The notes beneath the pieces were generated by a model. The model had not been told where the DNA came from. It worked only from the letters and a program-made list of their open reading frames with translations, and did no database searches. Both the position numbers and the translations under genes were made by a program. A DNA stretch of 43,955 bases, from positions 1 to 43,955 of the forward strand of contig JBEEPJ010000001.1 in assembly GCA_041191165.1 (NCBI GenBank). The letters are read 5' to 3'. Position 1 is the first letter of the stretch. The number at the start of each line of letters is the position of its first letter. Below are positions 17,105-25,811 of the stretch, in pieces. This DNA is from Bacteroidota bacterium. Lineage in GTDB: Bacteria; Bacteroidota; Bacteroidia; Flavobacteriales_D; Sanyastnellaceae.

Positions 17105-18442
17105 TCAGCGGAATTGACCCGTAAGCAGTCGCCAGATGTCGTTGCCCAGCGCGAAGATCATCAACGCCATGAGCAGCACGATGCCCACGTATTGGGCGCG
17201 CTCGAGAAACTTCTCGGAAGCGGGCTTCCCCGCGATCATTTCGTACAGGAGGAACATGACATGGCCCCCATCCAAGGCCGGGATGGGCAACAGGTTCATG
17301 AAGGCCAAAATCAGCGAGAAGAAAGCGGTATTCCGCCAGAAAACCTCCCAATCCCACCCGGCGTCAAACACACTCCCAAAGGTCACCAAACTGCCCACCT
17401 GGGTGGCCCCGGATTTGGAGAAGAGAAACCGAAGGGAGAGGACATACTCCTGGAGGGTGCGGGCAGCGAGTTGAAAGCCACTCACCACCGCTTCGGATCC
17501 GGAGTAAGTGATGGTTTCAGTAGCAAACTCCTCAAAATCCATTACATCCTTGTTTTGAAAACCCAGGGTTCCCAAGCTGTCTGGCGTGGCCGTCAGCGTG
17601 CGGACCGTTCCGTCGGGCGACTGCAAGGTCATTTGGATGGGCATCTCGGGATGGGCCTTGATGTATTTCGTGGCCTCATCAAAGAACTGCATCGGAATCG
17701 AATCCATGGCCATCAACCGGTCCCCGATCGAAAGTCCGGCGGCGGCCGCCCGAGAACCATCTACCACATAAGCCACCTCCAAGGGCATCCTGACCCCAAA
17801 TGGGCTTCGGATGTTGGAATCCACGAGCTGTTGGCCGAGGTCTTGGTCGAAAGTCAGCACCTTCGTCTGGCCATTGCGCTCCAGGGTAACCTCTTCCACA
17901 TCATTGAAGAAGAACGATCTGCGGATTTCGGTCAGGTTGTTTACTTCTTCATCGTTGATGCGCAGAATCCGGTCTCCGTTTTCAAATCCCCAGGATTTTA
18001 CCCGGTCATCGACCTGAATCCCGTAGGGCATGGAGGAGGTAGGCAGCACCGTTTCGCCCCACACAAAGAGCACCATGCTGTAGATGGCGAAGCCCAGAAT
18101 CAGGTTGACGATGATGCCGCCGAGCATGATGATGAGCCGTTGCCAAGCGGGTTTTGTGCGAAACTCCCAGGGCTGCGGGGGCTGCTTGAGTTGTTCGGTG
18201 TCCATCGACTCGTCCACCATCCCGGCGATTTTTACGTATCCGCCGAGCGGCAGCCAGCCGAGGCCCCATTCCGTGTCGCCGATTTTCTTCTTATAAATCG
18301 AAAACCAGGGATTCATGAACAAGTAGAACTTCTCCACCCGGGTTTTGAACCAACGGGCGGTGAGGTAGTGCCCGAGTTCGTGCATAAACACCAAGATGGA
18401 CAGGCTCAACAGCAGCTGAGCGGCTTTGATCAGTGCGACCAT
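17105..18442 (-). CDS. rseP: RIP site-2 metalloprotease RseP (M50 family, 445 aa)
   Basis: HELGHY zinc motif in TM1, PDZ region, NLLPIPALDGG motif. Confidence 0.93.
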   Translation of the reverse strand: MVALIKAAQLLLSLSILVFMHELGHYLTARWFKTRVEKFYLFMNPWFSIYKKKIGDTEWGLGWLPLGGYVKIAGMVDESMDTEQLKQPPQPWEFRTKPAWQRLIIMLGGIIVNLILGFAIYSMVLFVWGETVLPTSSMPYGIQVDDRVKSWGFENGDRILRINDEEVNNLTEIRRSFFFNDVEEVTLERNGQTKVLTFDQDLGQQLVDSNIRSPFGVRMPLEVAYVVDGSRAAAAGLSIGDRLMAMDSIPMQFFDEATKYIKAHPEMPIQMTLQSPDGTVRTLTATPDSLGTLGFQNKDVMDFEEFATETITYSGSEAVVSGFQLAARTLQEYVLSLRFLFSKSGATQVGSLVTFGSVFDAGWDWEVFWRNTAFFSLILAFMNLLPIPALDGGHVMFLLYEMIAGKPASEKFLERAQYVGIVLLMALMIFALGNDIWRLLTGQFR

Positions 18443-18555
18443 GGGAAGGGGAAATCCTTGGAAAAAAGCAAAGGTAGGCGCCCCGGGGGATTTCCTTCTC
18501 GCCGGTCTGGCGCATTCGCAATTCTTGGCGAGTCAGAGGTCATTGGGGGAATGGC

Positions 18556-21096
18556 ATGCATGGCGTAATCTTGCACTTGGAAATGCCGCCTCGGATGAAC
18601 GAAAAACCCTCCTCGCCTGCTTCTCGAAAGCCCTCCTCCTCACGCGCTGGCGGAGGCAGTTTGAAAGCCCGGCAGATGCGAATGCGCAAGCGGGTGTTTT
18701 GGATAGGCATCTCCCCCATCCTGGGATTCATCGGATTGGTGCTCCTGGCTTCGTTGCGCAACCTTCCGGACACGGAGGCGCTGGCCAATCCGCGGACGGA
18801 TTTGGCCACCCGCGTTTTTTCCGCCGATGGAAAAATCATCGGTCGATACTACGCGGAGAATCGTTCGGATGCCCGCTTCGATGAGTTGCCTCAGCACCTG
18901 ATCGATGCCTTGGTGTGCACCGAGGATGCGCGATTCTATGAGCACAGCGGGGTGGATTTCATCGGGTTGGCTCGGGCGGTTTTTTTCCTGGGCACCCGCG
19001 GGGGAGGATCCACGGTGACCCAGCAGCTCGCCAAGTTGCTTTTCACCGAGTCGTATGACCAAACCAATCTCATCGAACGGGCGCTGTTACAAAAACCCAA
19101 GGAGTGGATCATCGCCGCACAACTGGAGCGTTACTACACCAAGGGAGAAATTCTGGCCCTCTACCTCAACCGATACGACTTCTTGAATCAGGCGGTGGGC
19201 ATCAAGTCCGCAGCCAATGTCTATTTCGACAAGGATGTCAAGGATTTGAATGTCCAGGAGTCGGCGATGCTCGTGGGGATGCTCAAGAACAGTTCGCTCT
19301 ACAATCCGCTGCGCAGGGAGGAACTGGTGTTGAGTCGCCGGGAAACCGTGATGAGCCAAATGGTCCGATACGGAAAGCTGGACGAGGCGACCTTCGATTC
19401 CCTGCGCACGCTGCCCCTCGGATTGGACTATCAACCGGTGAGCCACGATGAAGGCACGGCCCCGTACTTCCGAGAGATTTTACGCGCGGAGTTGCGGGAT
19501 CTGCTCCAGGCGAAAAATGAAGATGGCACCTTCAAAATCGCCAAGGCAGATGGCACACCCTATGACTTGTACCGCGACGGGCTGCAGATTTTCACCACCA
19601 TCGACAGCCGTCTGCAAAAAGCCGCTGAGGAGGCCGTCCACGCCCATTTGGCCAACGAATTGCAGGCCGCTTTTGAAAAGGATTTGAAAAAGAGGCCCAA
19701 GGAGGATTTCCCCTTTTACCGCGGGATTGACCCTGCGGTGCGCGACGGGATTCTGAAAGAGTCCATTGAAGGCAGCGAGCGATACCAACAGCGGGTGGGA
19801 AAGGTTTGTCCTGAATGCGGAAGACCCGCCTTCTATATCGTATCGACCACCGAAGACGGCGTGCCCATGTGGACGTGTGATGAGGACAAGGGAGGTTGCA
19901 GCCACACCTGGCACAGGCCCACGGAGAAGGAGATTGAGACCGAGTTCAACACGCCCGTGGCCATGCGCGTTTTCTCCCATGCGGGACCTTTGGATACCAC
20001 GATGTCGCCCCTGGACAGCATCAAGTACCACAAAGCGGTTTTGCACGCCGGCTTGATGTCGGTGGAGCCGGCGACGGGCCACATCAAGGCTTGGGTGGGA
20101 GGCATTGATTACCGGTTCTTCAAGTATGACAACGTAGGCCAAAGCCGCAGGCAAGTAGGTTCTGTGTTCAAGCCCTTTGTCTACGCGACGGCGCTGAAAT
20201 TGGGCATGCGCCGGTGTTCGGAGATTCCCAACCAGAAGATTTGTTTGGACATGCCGGAAGGATACCCGGATTGGTGTCCTGACAACTCGGATTTTGCCTA
20301 CGGGGATATCGTCACCCTGGAATACGCCCTGGCGAACTCCATGAACACGGTGACGGCGAAGCTCATCAAGGACTTCGGAACGGAGCGGGTGATTCAGCTG
20401 GCGCATGACATGGGCATTGAGAATGAAATCCCCAACTATCCCTCCATCGCCTTGGGTGCAGCGCAATTGACCCTTCGGGAAATGACGGTGGCGAATGCTT
20501 CGTTTGTGAATGGGGGGGTCTTTGTCAGTCCGACGTTCATCGCGCGCATTGAGGACAAACTCGGCAACGTCATCTACACCCCCAAAACCGTCATCCGGCA
20601 GGGGTTGGACGAACGAACGGCCTACACGGTGCTGCAGATGATGAAGGGCGTGGTCGATGGGGCCTACAGCATCGAGACGGGCAACCGCAAAGGGACGGCG
20701 ATGCGGATTCGCGGGGACCGGGCTGATCGGGAATACGACGGCATCCGGGCGCCCATGGCCGGGAAGACGGGAACCACCCAGAACAACACAGATGGATGGT
20801 TCATCGGGTTGACCCCAGACTTGGTGACGGGGGTATGGGTAGGGGCACAGGACCCCACCGTGCGGTTCAGCACCACCACCTTGGGCCAAGGGGCCAACAC
20901 CGGACTTCCGATTTACGGTTATTACATGAAGGCCGTGTATGCGAACGAGGAGGTGGGATTGAGCAGGCGGGACTTTGACCGGCCTCGGGTTTTGGGCCCG
21001 GATTCGCTGGAGTGTAGCAAGGTGATTCGGGAACTTCGTCCCCGGGATGCTTCCGGTCCGGGGGAGGAGGAGTTGGAGGAGTTGTTCGGAGATTAA
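18556..21096 (+). CDS. mrcA: Class A penicillin-binding protein (PBP1A type: GT51 transglycosylase + transpeptidase, 846 aa; alternative starts at 18583 and 18595)
   Basis: GT51 motifs EDARFYEHSGVD and GGSTVTQQLAK. Transpeptidase motifs SVFKP (SxxK), SMN (SxN) and KTGTT. Single N-terminal TM segment. Confidence 0.92.
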   Translation: MHGVILHLEMPPRMNEKPSSPASRKPSSSRAGGGSLKARQMRMRKRVFWIGISPILGFIGLVLLASLRNLPDTEALANPRTDLATRVFSADGKIIGRYYAENRSDARFDELPQHLIDALVCTEDARFYEHSGVDFIGLARAVFFLGTRGGGSTVTQQLAKLLFTESYDQTNLIERALLQKPKEWIIAAQLERYYTKGEILALYLNRYDFLNQAVGIKSAANVYFDKDVKDLNVQESAMLVGMLKNSSLYNPLRREELVLSRRETVMSQMVRYGKLDEATFDSLRTLPLGLDYQPVSHDEGTAPYFREILRAELRDLLQAKNEDGTFKIAKADGTPYDLYRDGLQIFTTIDSRLQKAAEEAVHAHLANELQAAFEKDLKKRPKEDFPFYRGIDPAVRDGILKESIEGSERYQQRVGKVCPECGRPAFYIVSTTEDGVPMWTCDEDKGGCSHTWHRPTEKEIETEFNTPVAMRVFSHAGPLDTTMSPLDSIKYHKAVLHAGLMSVEPATGHIKAWVGGIDYRFFKYDNVGQSRRQVGSVFKPFVYATALKLGMRRCSEIPNQKICLDMPEGYPDWCPDNSDFAYGDIVTLEYALANSMNTVTAKLIKDFGTERVIQLAHDMGIENEIPNYPSIALGAAQLTLREMTVANASFVNGGVFVSPTFIARIEDKLGNVIYTPKTVIRQGLDERTAYTVLQMMKGVVDGAYSIETGNRKGTAMRIRGDRADREYDGIRAPMAGKTGTTQNNTDGWFIGLTPDLVTGVWVGAQDPTVRFSTTTLGQGANTGLPIYGYYMKAVYANEEVGLSRRDFDRPRVLGPDSLECSKVIRELRPRDASGPGEEELEELFGD

Positions 21097-21123
21097 GGTC
21101 GGGAATACGTCAAGGATAGAGTT

Positions 21124-21828
21124 ATGGCAATCAACAAAGTGGTCGCGGACGCACGAGAGGCGTGCAAGGGGGTGGAAGACGGAATGACATTGATGTTGGG
21201 GGGGTTTGGGTTGTGTGGCATCCCGGAACATTGCATTGCGGAACTGGTCAGGTTGGGGGTACGGGATTTGACCTGCATCTCCAACAACGCCGGTGTGGAT
21301 GACTTCGGGTTGGGGCTGTTGTTGCAGCAGCGCCAGGTGCGCAAGATGATTTCCTCCTACGTCGGGGAGAATGCCGAGTTTGAACGTCAGATGCTGAGTG
21401 GGGAACTGGAAGTGGATTTGATTCCACAGGGTTCGTTGGCGGAGCGGTGTCGGGCAGGCGGGGCGGGCATTCCGGCCTTTTTTACCCCCGCGGGTTACGG
21501 GACGGAAGTGGCCCAGGGCAAGGAGGTCAGGATTTTTGATGGAGTACCCCACATTCTCGAGATGGCCCTCAAAGCGGACTTCGCCTTCGTGAAGGCGTGG
21601 AAGGGGGATGAGACGGGAAATTTGGTCTACAAAGCCACCGCGCGAAACTTCAATCCCATGATGGCCATGGCGGGAAAGATCACCATCGCGGAGGTGGAGG
21701 AACTGGTTCCTGTCGGTTCGCTGGATCCCAACGAAATCCACACGCCGGGCATCTTCGTTCAGCGCATTTTTCAGGGCAATGCCTACGAAAAGCGAATTGA
21801 GCAACGAACGGTCCGCAATCCCAACTGA
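21124..21828 (+). CDS. scoA: 3-oxoacid CoA-transferase subunit A (234 aa)
   Basis: The GGFGLCGIPE motif and overall sequence are typical of CoA-transferase family I alpha subunits. Confidence 0.9.
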   Translation: MAINKVVADAREACKGVEDGMTLMLGGFGLCGIPEHCIAELVRLGVRDLTCISNNAGVDDFGLGLLLQQRQVRKMISSYVGENAEFERQMLSGELEVDLIPQGSLAERCRAGGAGIPAFFTPAGYGTEVAQGKEVRIFDGVPHILEMALKADFAFVKAWKGDETGNLVYKATARNFNPMMAMAGKITIAEVEELVPVGSLDPNEIHTPGIFVQRIFQGNAYEKRIEQRTVRNPN

Positions 21829-21834
21829 ATCATC

Positions 21835-22488
21835 ATGTTAGACAAGCATGGCATCGCCCGGCGCATCGCGCAAGAAGTGGAGAATGGGATGTACGTGAAC
21901 CTGGGCATCGGCATTCCGACCTTGGTGGCGAATCACATTCCTCCGGGCATCGAGGTGGAGTTTCAATCGGAGAATGGCATATTGGGCATGGGGCCGTTTC
22001 CGCTGGCGGGCACGGAGGATGCCGACCTCATCAATGCGGGGAAACAGACGATTACGGCATTGCCAGGGGCCGTGTTTTTTGACTCGGCGACGTCGTTTGC
22101 GATGATTCGGGGGCAGCACGTGCATCTCACGGTGCTGGGGGCGATGGAGGTTTCGGCAAACGGGGATATCGCGAACTGGAAGATTCCGGGCGTGATGGTG
22201 AAGGGTATGGGGGGGGCGATGGACTTGGTGGGCAGTGCGAAGCGGATCATCGTCGCCATGATGCACACCAACAAGGCGGGGGAGTCGAAGTTGTTGCCTG
22301 CGTGTACGTTGCCGTTGACGGGGGTGGGATGTGTGAAGCGGGTGGTGACGGACTTGGCGGTGCTGGACATCCGGGATGGGGCGTTCCACTTGGTGGAGCG
22401 GGCGCCGGGGGTGACGGTGGACCACATCCGTCAAGCTACGGCGGGTCCGTTGGTGGTGCCGGCCGAGGTTCCGGAGATGGTCCTTTGA
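21835..22488 (+). CDS. scoB: 3-oxoacid CoA-transferase subunit B (217 aa)
   Basis: Active-site SENG motif ([12 protein letters not shown]). Immediately downstream of subunit A (6-nt gap). Confidence 0.9.
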   Translation: MLDKHGIARRIAQEVENGMYVNLGIGIPTLVANHIPPGIEVEFQSENGILGMGPFPLAGTEDADLINAGKQTITALPGAVFFDSATSFAMIRGQHVHLTVLGAMEVSANGDIANWKIPGVMVKGMGGAMDLVGSAKRIIVAMMHTNKAGESKLLPACTLPLTGVGCVKRVVTDLAVLDIRDGAFHLVERAPGVTVDHIRQATAGPLVVPAEVPEMVL

Positions 22489-22500
22489 GGTAGGAGGCGG

Positions 22501-22854
22501 TCAGCCGTGCAGGACGACGGCGACGGCCTCGCAGTCGCCGTCGATGGGCGGGGCGAACTTGGTGACGCGGACCTCGACCCGTTCGATGCGGGGGAGTTCC
22601 GAGCGAAGCGCCCGGACGATGCGGCCGGCGACGTGCTCGATGAGGCGGGAACGCTCTTGCATCTGTTGGGCCACGATGCGGTGGACGTCGCAGTAATCCA
22701 CCGTCAAGGCCAAATCGTCCGTCTCCGCGCTGGGACCGAGGTCCGTTTCGATGCGGACGTCGACTTGGTAGTTCTGCCCGATGCGCGCCTCTTCCTCCAT
22801 GCAGCCGTGATAGGCGTAGAATCGAAGGCCTTGGATTTCAATTCGGTGTGACAT
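22501..22854 (-). CDS. folB: Dihydroneopterin aldolase (117 aa from ATG 22854; the track start 22860 is a TTG)
   Basis: I..L.FYAYHGCMEEE...GQ.Y.VD is typical of FolB. It starts 2 nt after the gltX stop. Confidence 0.85.
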   Translation of the reverse strand: MSHRIEIQGLRFYAYHGCMEEEARIGQNYQVDVRIETDLGPSAETDDLALTVDYCDVHRIVAQQMQERSRLIEHVAGRIVRALRSELPRIERVEVRVTKFAPPIDGDCEAVAVVLHG

Positions 22855-22856
22855 GC

Positions 22857-24392
22857 TCAAAGCGTGGCGCGGAGGGACTCAATTCGGGAGAGGCCCGATT
22901 GGAGGCGGTTGAGGGTGGAGGTTTGGCCTAAAAACGCCGCAAAATCGAACATCGAAGGCCCGCCAGCGGCACCCGTCAACACGATGCGGAAGGGCAGCAT
23001 GAGATTCCCCATCGACCAGCCCTTTTCCTGGAGCAAAGCCTGGAATTCAGCCTCTACATCGCTGGAATCGAATCGGTTGAGGTCCGCCAATCGCACCTCC
23101 AGGGCATGGAGCATGTCGCTGGTCTCTGGCTTCCAGCGCTTCTGAATCAAATCGCGGTCAAAGGTTTCCGGCGCTTGGAAAAGCCAGGGGGTTTGGGCGA
23201 TTTCATGCAGAAAGTCCACCCGCTCTAACATCATGTCGAGCAGTTGTTCGCAGCGCTCTGGGGCAGAAAAGGCCGGGTCGGGCAGCATCGGAGCCAGCGA
23301 GGCCACGAGTTCCTTGCGGGGCTGCATGCGCAGATGCTGGGCATTGAACCATCGGGCCTTGTCGGGGTTGAACCGCGCACCGGACTTGACCACCCGGTCC
23401 AGGTCGAAGCGCGCCACAGCCTCCTCCAAGGACATCACCTCAGTGTCGTCTCCGGGACTCCACCCCAGCAACAGCAGCATGTTGAGGAAGGCCTCGGGGA
23501 GGTAGCCGGCTTCACGATACCCCCCGCTTCGCTTGCCGGTCTCGGTGTCCACCCAGTCGAGTGGGAAAACGGGGAACCCTCCCGCGTCCCCGTCCCGCTT
23601 GCTCAACTTTCCGTTGCCGGTGGGCTTGAGAATCAGCGGCAGGTGCGCAAACGCCGGGGCCGTCCAACCCATGGCCCGGTAGAGCATCGTGTGCAGCGGC
23701 GCGCTGGGCAACCATTCCTCCCCGCGGATGACGTGGGTGATGCCCATGGCGTGGTCGTCCACGATGTTCGCAAAGTGGTACGTGGGCAGGCCATCTGCCT
23801 TCATCATGACCTTGTCGTCCAGCACTGCGGTCGAAACACGCACTTCTCCGCGAATGATGTCGTTCACCAAGATTTCCTCAGGTTCGTCGGGCATCCGGAA
23901 GCGAATGACGTGAGGGGTTCCCACGTCCAGCAACCGTTGCACTTCGTCTTGGGGCAAGGCCAAATCATTGCGCATCCCCCCCCGCCGAGCGGCGTCGTAC
24001 TGCCAAACTTCGCCCCGGGCCTCCGCCGACTGGCGCTGGGCCTCCATTTCCTCAGGGGTGTCGAAGGCGCGGTAGGCTTGGCCTGAGGCCAGCAATTGCG
24101 CGATGGCCGCCTGGTAGATTTCGCTCCGCTCCGATTGTTTGTAAGGACCCACAGGGCCGCCCTTCTCTCCGCCCTCGTCGGGCTCGATGCCACACCAGCG
24201 CAACGCCTCGAGGATGTAGGCCTCCGCGCCCGGCACAAACCGGTTCTGATCGGTATCCTCGATGCGGAGCAAGAAATCGCCGCCGTGGTGCCGTGCAAAG
24301 AGGTAGTTGTACAGGGCGGTTCGGACACCTCCCATGTGCAGGGGGCCCGTGGGGCTCGGGGCAAATCGAACGCGAACGCGGGGTGTGGACAT
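22857..24392 (-). CDS. gltX: Glutamate--tRNA ligase (511 aa)
   Basis: Real start MSTPRVRVRFAPSPTGPLHMGG (HIGH-type motif) at 24392. KLSKR (KMSKS-type) motif. The track ORF carries a 31-aa upstream extension. Confidence 0.93.
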   Translation of the reverse strand: MSTPRVRVRFAPSPTGPLHMGGVRTALYNYLFARHHGGDFLLRIEDTDQNRFVPGAEAYILEALRWCGIEPDEGGEKGGPVGPYKQSERSEIYQAAIAQLLASGQAYRAFDTPEEMEAQRQSAEARGEVWQYDAARRGGMRNDLALPQDEVQRLLDVGTPHVIRFRMPDEPEEILVNDIIRGEVRVSTAVLDDKVMMKADGLPTYHFANIVDDHAMGITHVIRGEEWLPSAPLHTMLYRAMGWTAPAFAHLPLILKPTGNGKLSKRDGDAGGFPVFPLDWVDTETGKRSGGYREAGYLPEAFLNMLLLLGWSPGDDTEVMSLEEAVARFDLDRVVKSGARFNPDKARWFNAQHLRMQPRKELVASLAPMLPDPAFSAPERCEQLLDMMLERVDFLHEIAQTPWLFQAPETFDRDLIQKRWKPETSDMLHALEVRLADLNRFDSSDVEAEFQALLQEKGWSMGNLMLPFRIVLTGAAGGPSMFDFAAFLGQTSTLNRLQSGLSRIESLRATL

Positions 24393-24537
24393 GGTGCTGG
24401 GGAAATGGGTCCGCGAAGATACGCCGCGTCGAATTGCACTGGTGAATCCGCGCTCCCCGTCCGCAAAGAATGGCGTTCGGCGCACGGCTCTCGGCGCATG
24501 GGGGCGGGAGATTTGACCTGTTCAAAAACAATAAATC

Positions 24538-24921
24538 ATGAACGCATTGAGAAACAAGGTCCAACTCATTGGACGCCTCGGGAAGGACCCCGAGATGCTG
24601 CAATTCGACGGCGGAAAGTCGAAGTGCAATTTCCCGCTCGCCACCCACGAGATCTTCCGGAACGCGGAGGGCGAGCGGGTGGAGCGCACCCAATGGCACG
24701 ATGTGGTCGCCTGGGGCCCCCTGGCCGACCTCCTCGCGCAGAACCTCCGCAAGGGCGCCGAAGTCGCCCTCGAAGGCAGAATCGCCTACCGCACGTACGA
24801 GGATGCGGGGGGCCACACCCGTTACGTCACTGAGGTCGTGGCGAGCGAGTTCCTGATCCTCGACCGGCGCCTGCCCGATGGGACAGGAGAAGGGAAAGAG
24901 ACGGCAACCGCGGCCGGTTGA
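24538..24921 (+). CDS. ssb: Single-stranded DNA-binding protein, short form without the acidic C-terminal tip (127 aa)
   Basis: OB-fold SSB N-terminus MNALRNKVQLIGRLGKDPE...T.WH.VVAWG.LA. The C-terminus is ...GTGEGKETATAAG, with no D-(I/L)-P-F. Confidence 0.88.
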   Translation: MNALRNKVQLIGRLGKDPEMLQFDGGKSKCNFPLATHEIFRNAEGERVERTQWHDVVAWGPLADLLAQNLRKGAEVALEGRIAYRTYEDAGGHTRYVTEVVASEFLILDRRLPDGTGEGKETATAAG

Positions 24922-24945
24922 GATCGGGTAGGTAGAGGCGAAGGA

Positions 24946-24969
24946 GGGGGCGGGCGCGAGCCTGCCCCC
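24946..24969 (+). terminator. GC-rich stem-loop downstream of ssb (10-bp stem with one G-U pair, GCGA tetraloop); only a weak T-tract follows
   Basis: GGGGGCGGGC-GCGA-GCCTGCCCCC read directly, 25 nt after the ssb stop. Confidence 0.5.
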
Positions 24970-25051
24970 CTGTTGCCGTCCTTTCCGTGCTGGACCTCGC
25001 CCGCTTCGTGGCCGCGGTTGCGCGTTTCATTGTTCCTCGGGGGTGCAGTTG

Positions 25052-25059
25052 TTACCTTT
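25052..25059 (+). promoter_or_regulatory. Bacteroidota-type -7 box TACCTTTG upstream of sdhC
   Basis: Exact TAnnTTTG match ending 24 nt before ATG 25083, the same spacing as the box upstream of the LexA-like gene. Confidence 0.5.
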
Positions 25060-25082
25060 GCCTACCCATAACCTATGGTGCA

Positions 25083-25796
25083 ATGAGCAAACAAGGCATT
25101 CTGCAGTCGTCGCTGGCAAAGAAATACGTGATGGCCCTGACCGGCCTGTTTCTCTGTCTGTTCTTGGTGGGTCACCTCTTGGGGAACCTGCAGCTTTTTC
25201 AAGCCGGAGAAGAGGGGAAGCATGCCTTCAATGCCTACGCCCGTTTCATGACCACCTTTCCGTTGGTGAAGCTCCTCAGCTACCTGACGTACCTTGGGAT
25301 TTTGTTTCACGTGGTGGACGGGATTGTATTGACCCTCGCAAACCGCAAGGCGCGTCCCGTGCGCTATGCCATGGAACGGGGGGACCGAAACGCCGGCTGG
25401 AGCAGCCGAAACATGGGAATCCTCGGAACGGTGATTCTCGCCTTTATCGTCGTTCACATGCAGAACTTCTGGTTCCAGATGCACTTTGGCGACGTGCCTT
25501 ACGTCCTCCTTCCCGATGGAACTTCGGTCAAGGATTTGCATACCGTGGTGATGCGATTCTTCGATCCCGCCTACAATTCCCTGGCTTTGGGTGCAGTGGC
25601 GCTGTATGTCCTTGCCCAAGTGGCCATCGGTTTCCACCTGTGGCACGGATTTGAGAGCGCGTTTCAATCCTTGGGGGTGCGGCATCCGCGCTATTCTCCG
25701 ATGATTCAGGCATTGGGCCGCACCTTCAGCGTGTTGGTGCCACTTCTGTTCGCGGTCATTCCGGTGTATCTCTACCTCCAGACGTTATCGAACTAA
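25083..25796 (+). CDS. sdhC: Succinate dehydrogenase/fumarate reductase cytochrome b subunit, b558 family (237 aa)
   Basis: Start MSKQGILQSSLAKKYVMALTGLFL. Multi-TM protein with conserved His residues, directly upstream of sdhA and sdhB. Confidence 0.88.
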   Translation: MSKQGILQSSLAKKYVMALTGLFLCLFLVGHLLGNLQLFQAGEEGKHAFNAYARFMTTFPLVKLLSYLTYLGILFHVVDGIVLTLANRKARPVRYAMERGDRNAGWSSRNMGILGTVILAFIVVHMQNFWFQMHFGDVPYVLLPDGTSVKDLHTVVMRFFDPAYNSLALGAVALYVLAQVAIGFHLWHGFESAFQSLGVRHPRYSPMIQALGRTFSVLVPLLFAVIPVYLYLQTLSN

Positions 25797-25811
25797 TTGA
25801 TTGCAGGCAAG

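Noticed and set aside
17114-18568. 484-aa plus-strand ORF antisense to rseP
   Set aside because: Shadow ORF. rseP has the HExxH and LDG motifs on the other strand.
19480-21804. 774-aa minus-strand ORF spanning PBP1A and scoA
   Set aside because: It crosses two well-supported plus-strand genes and an intergenic gap, has no recognisable motifs, and is Arg/His/Pro-rich.
21838-22434. 198-aa minus-strand ORF antisense to scoB
   Set aside because: Shadow ORF with a His/Arg/Pro-rich translation.
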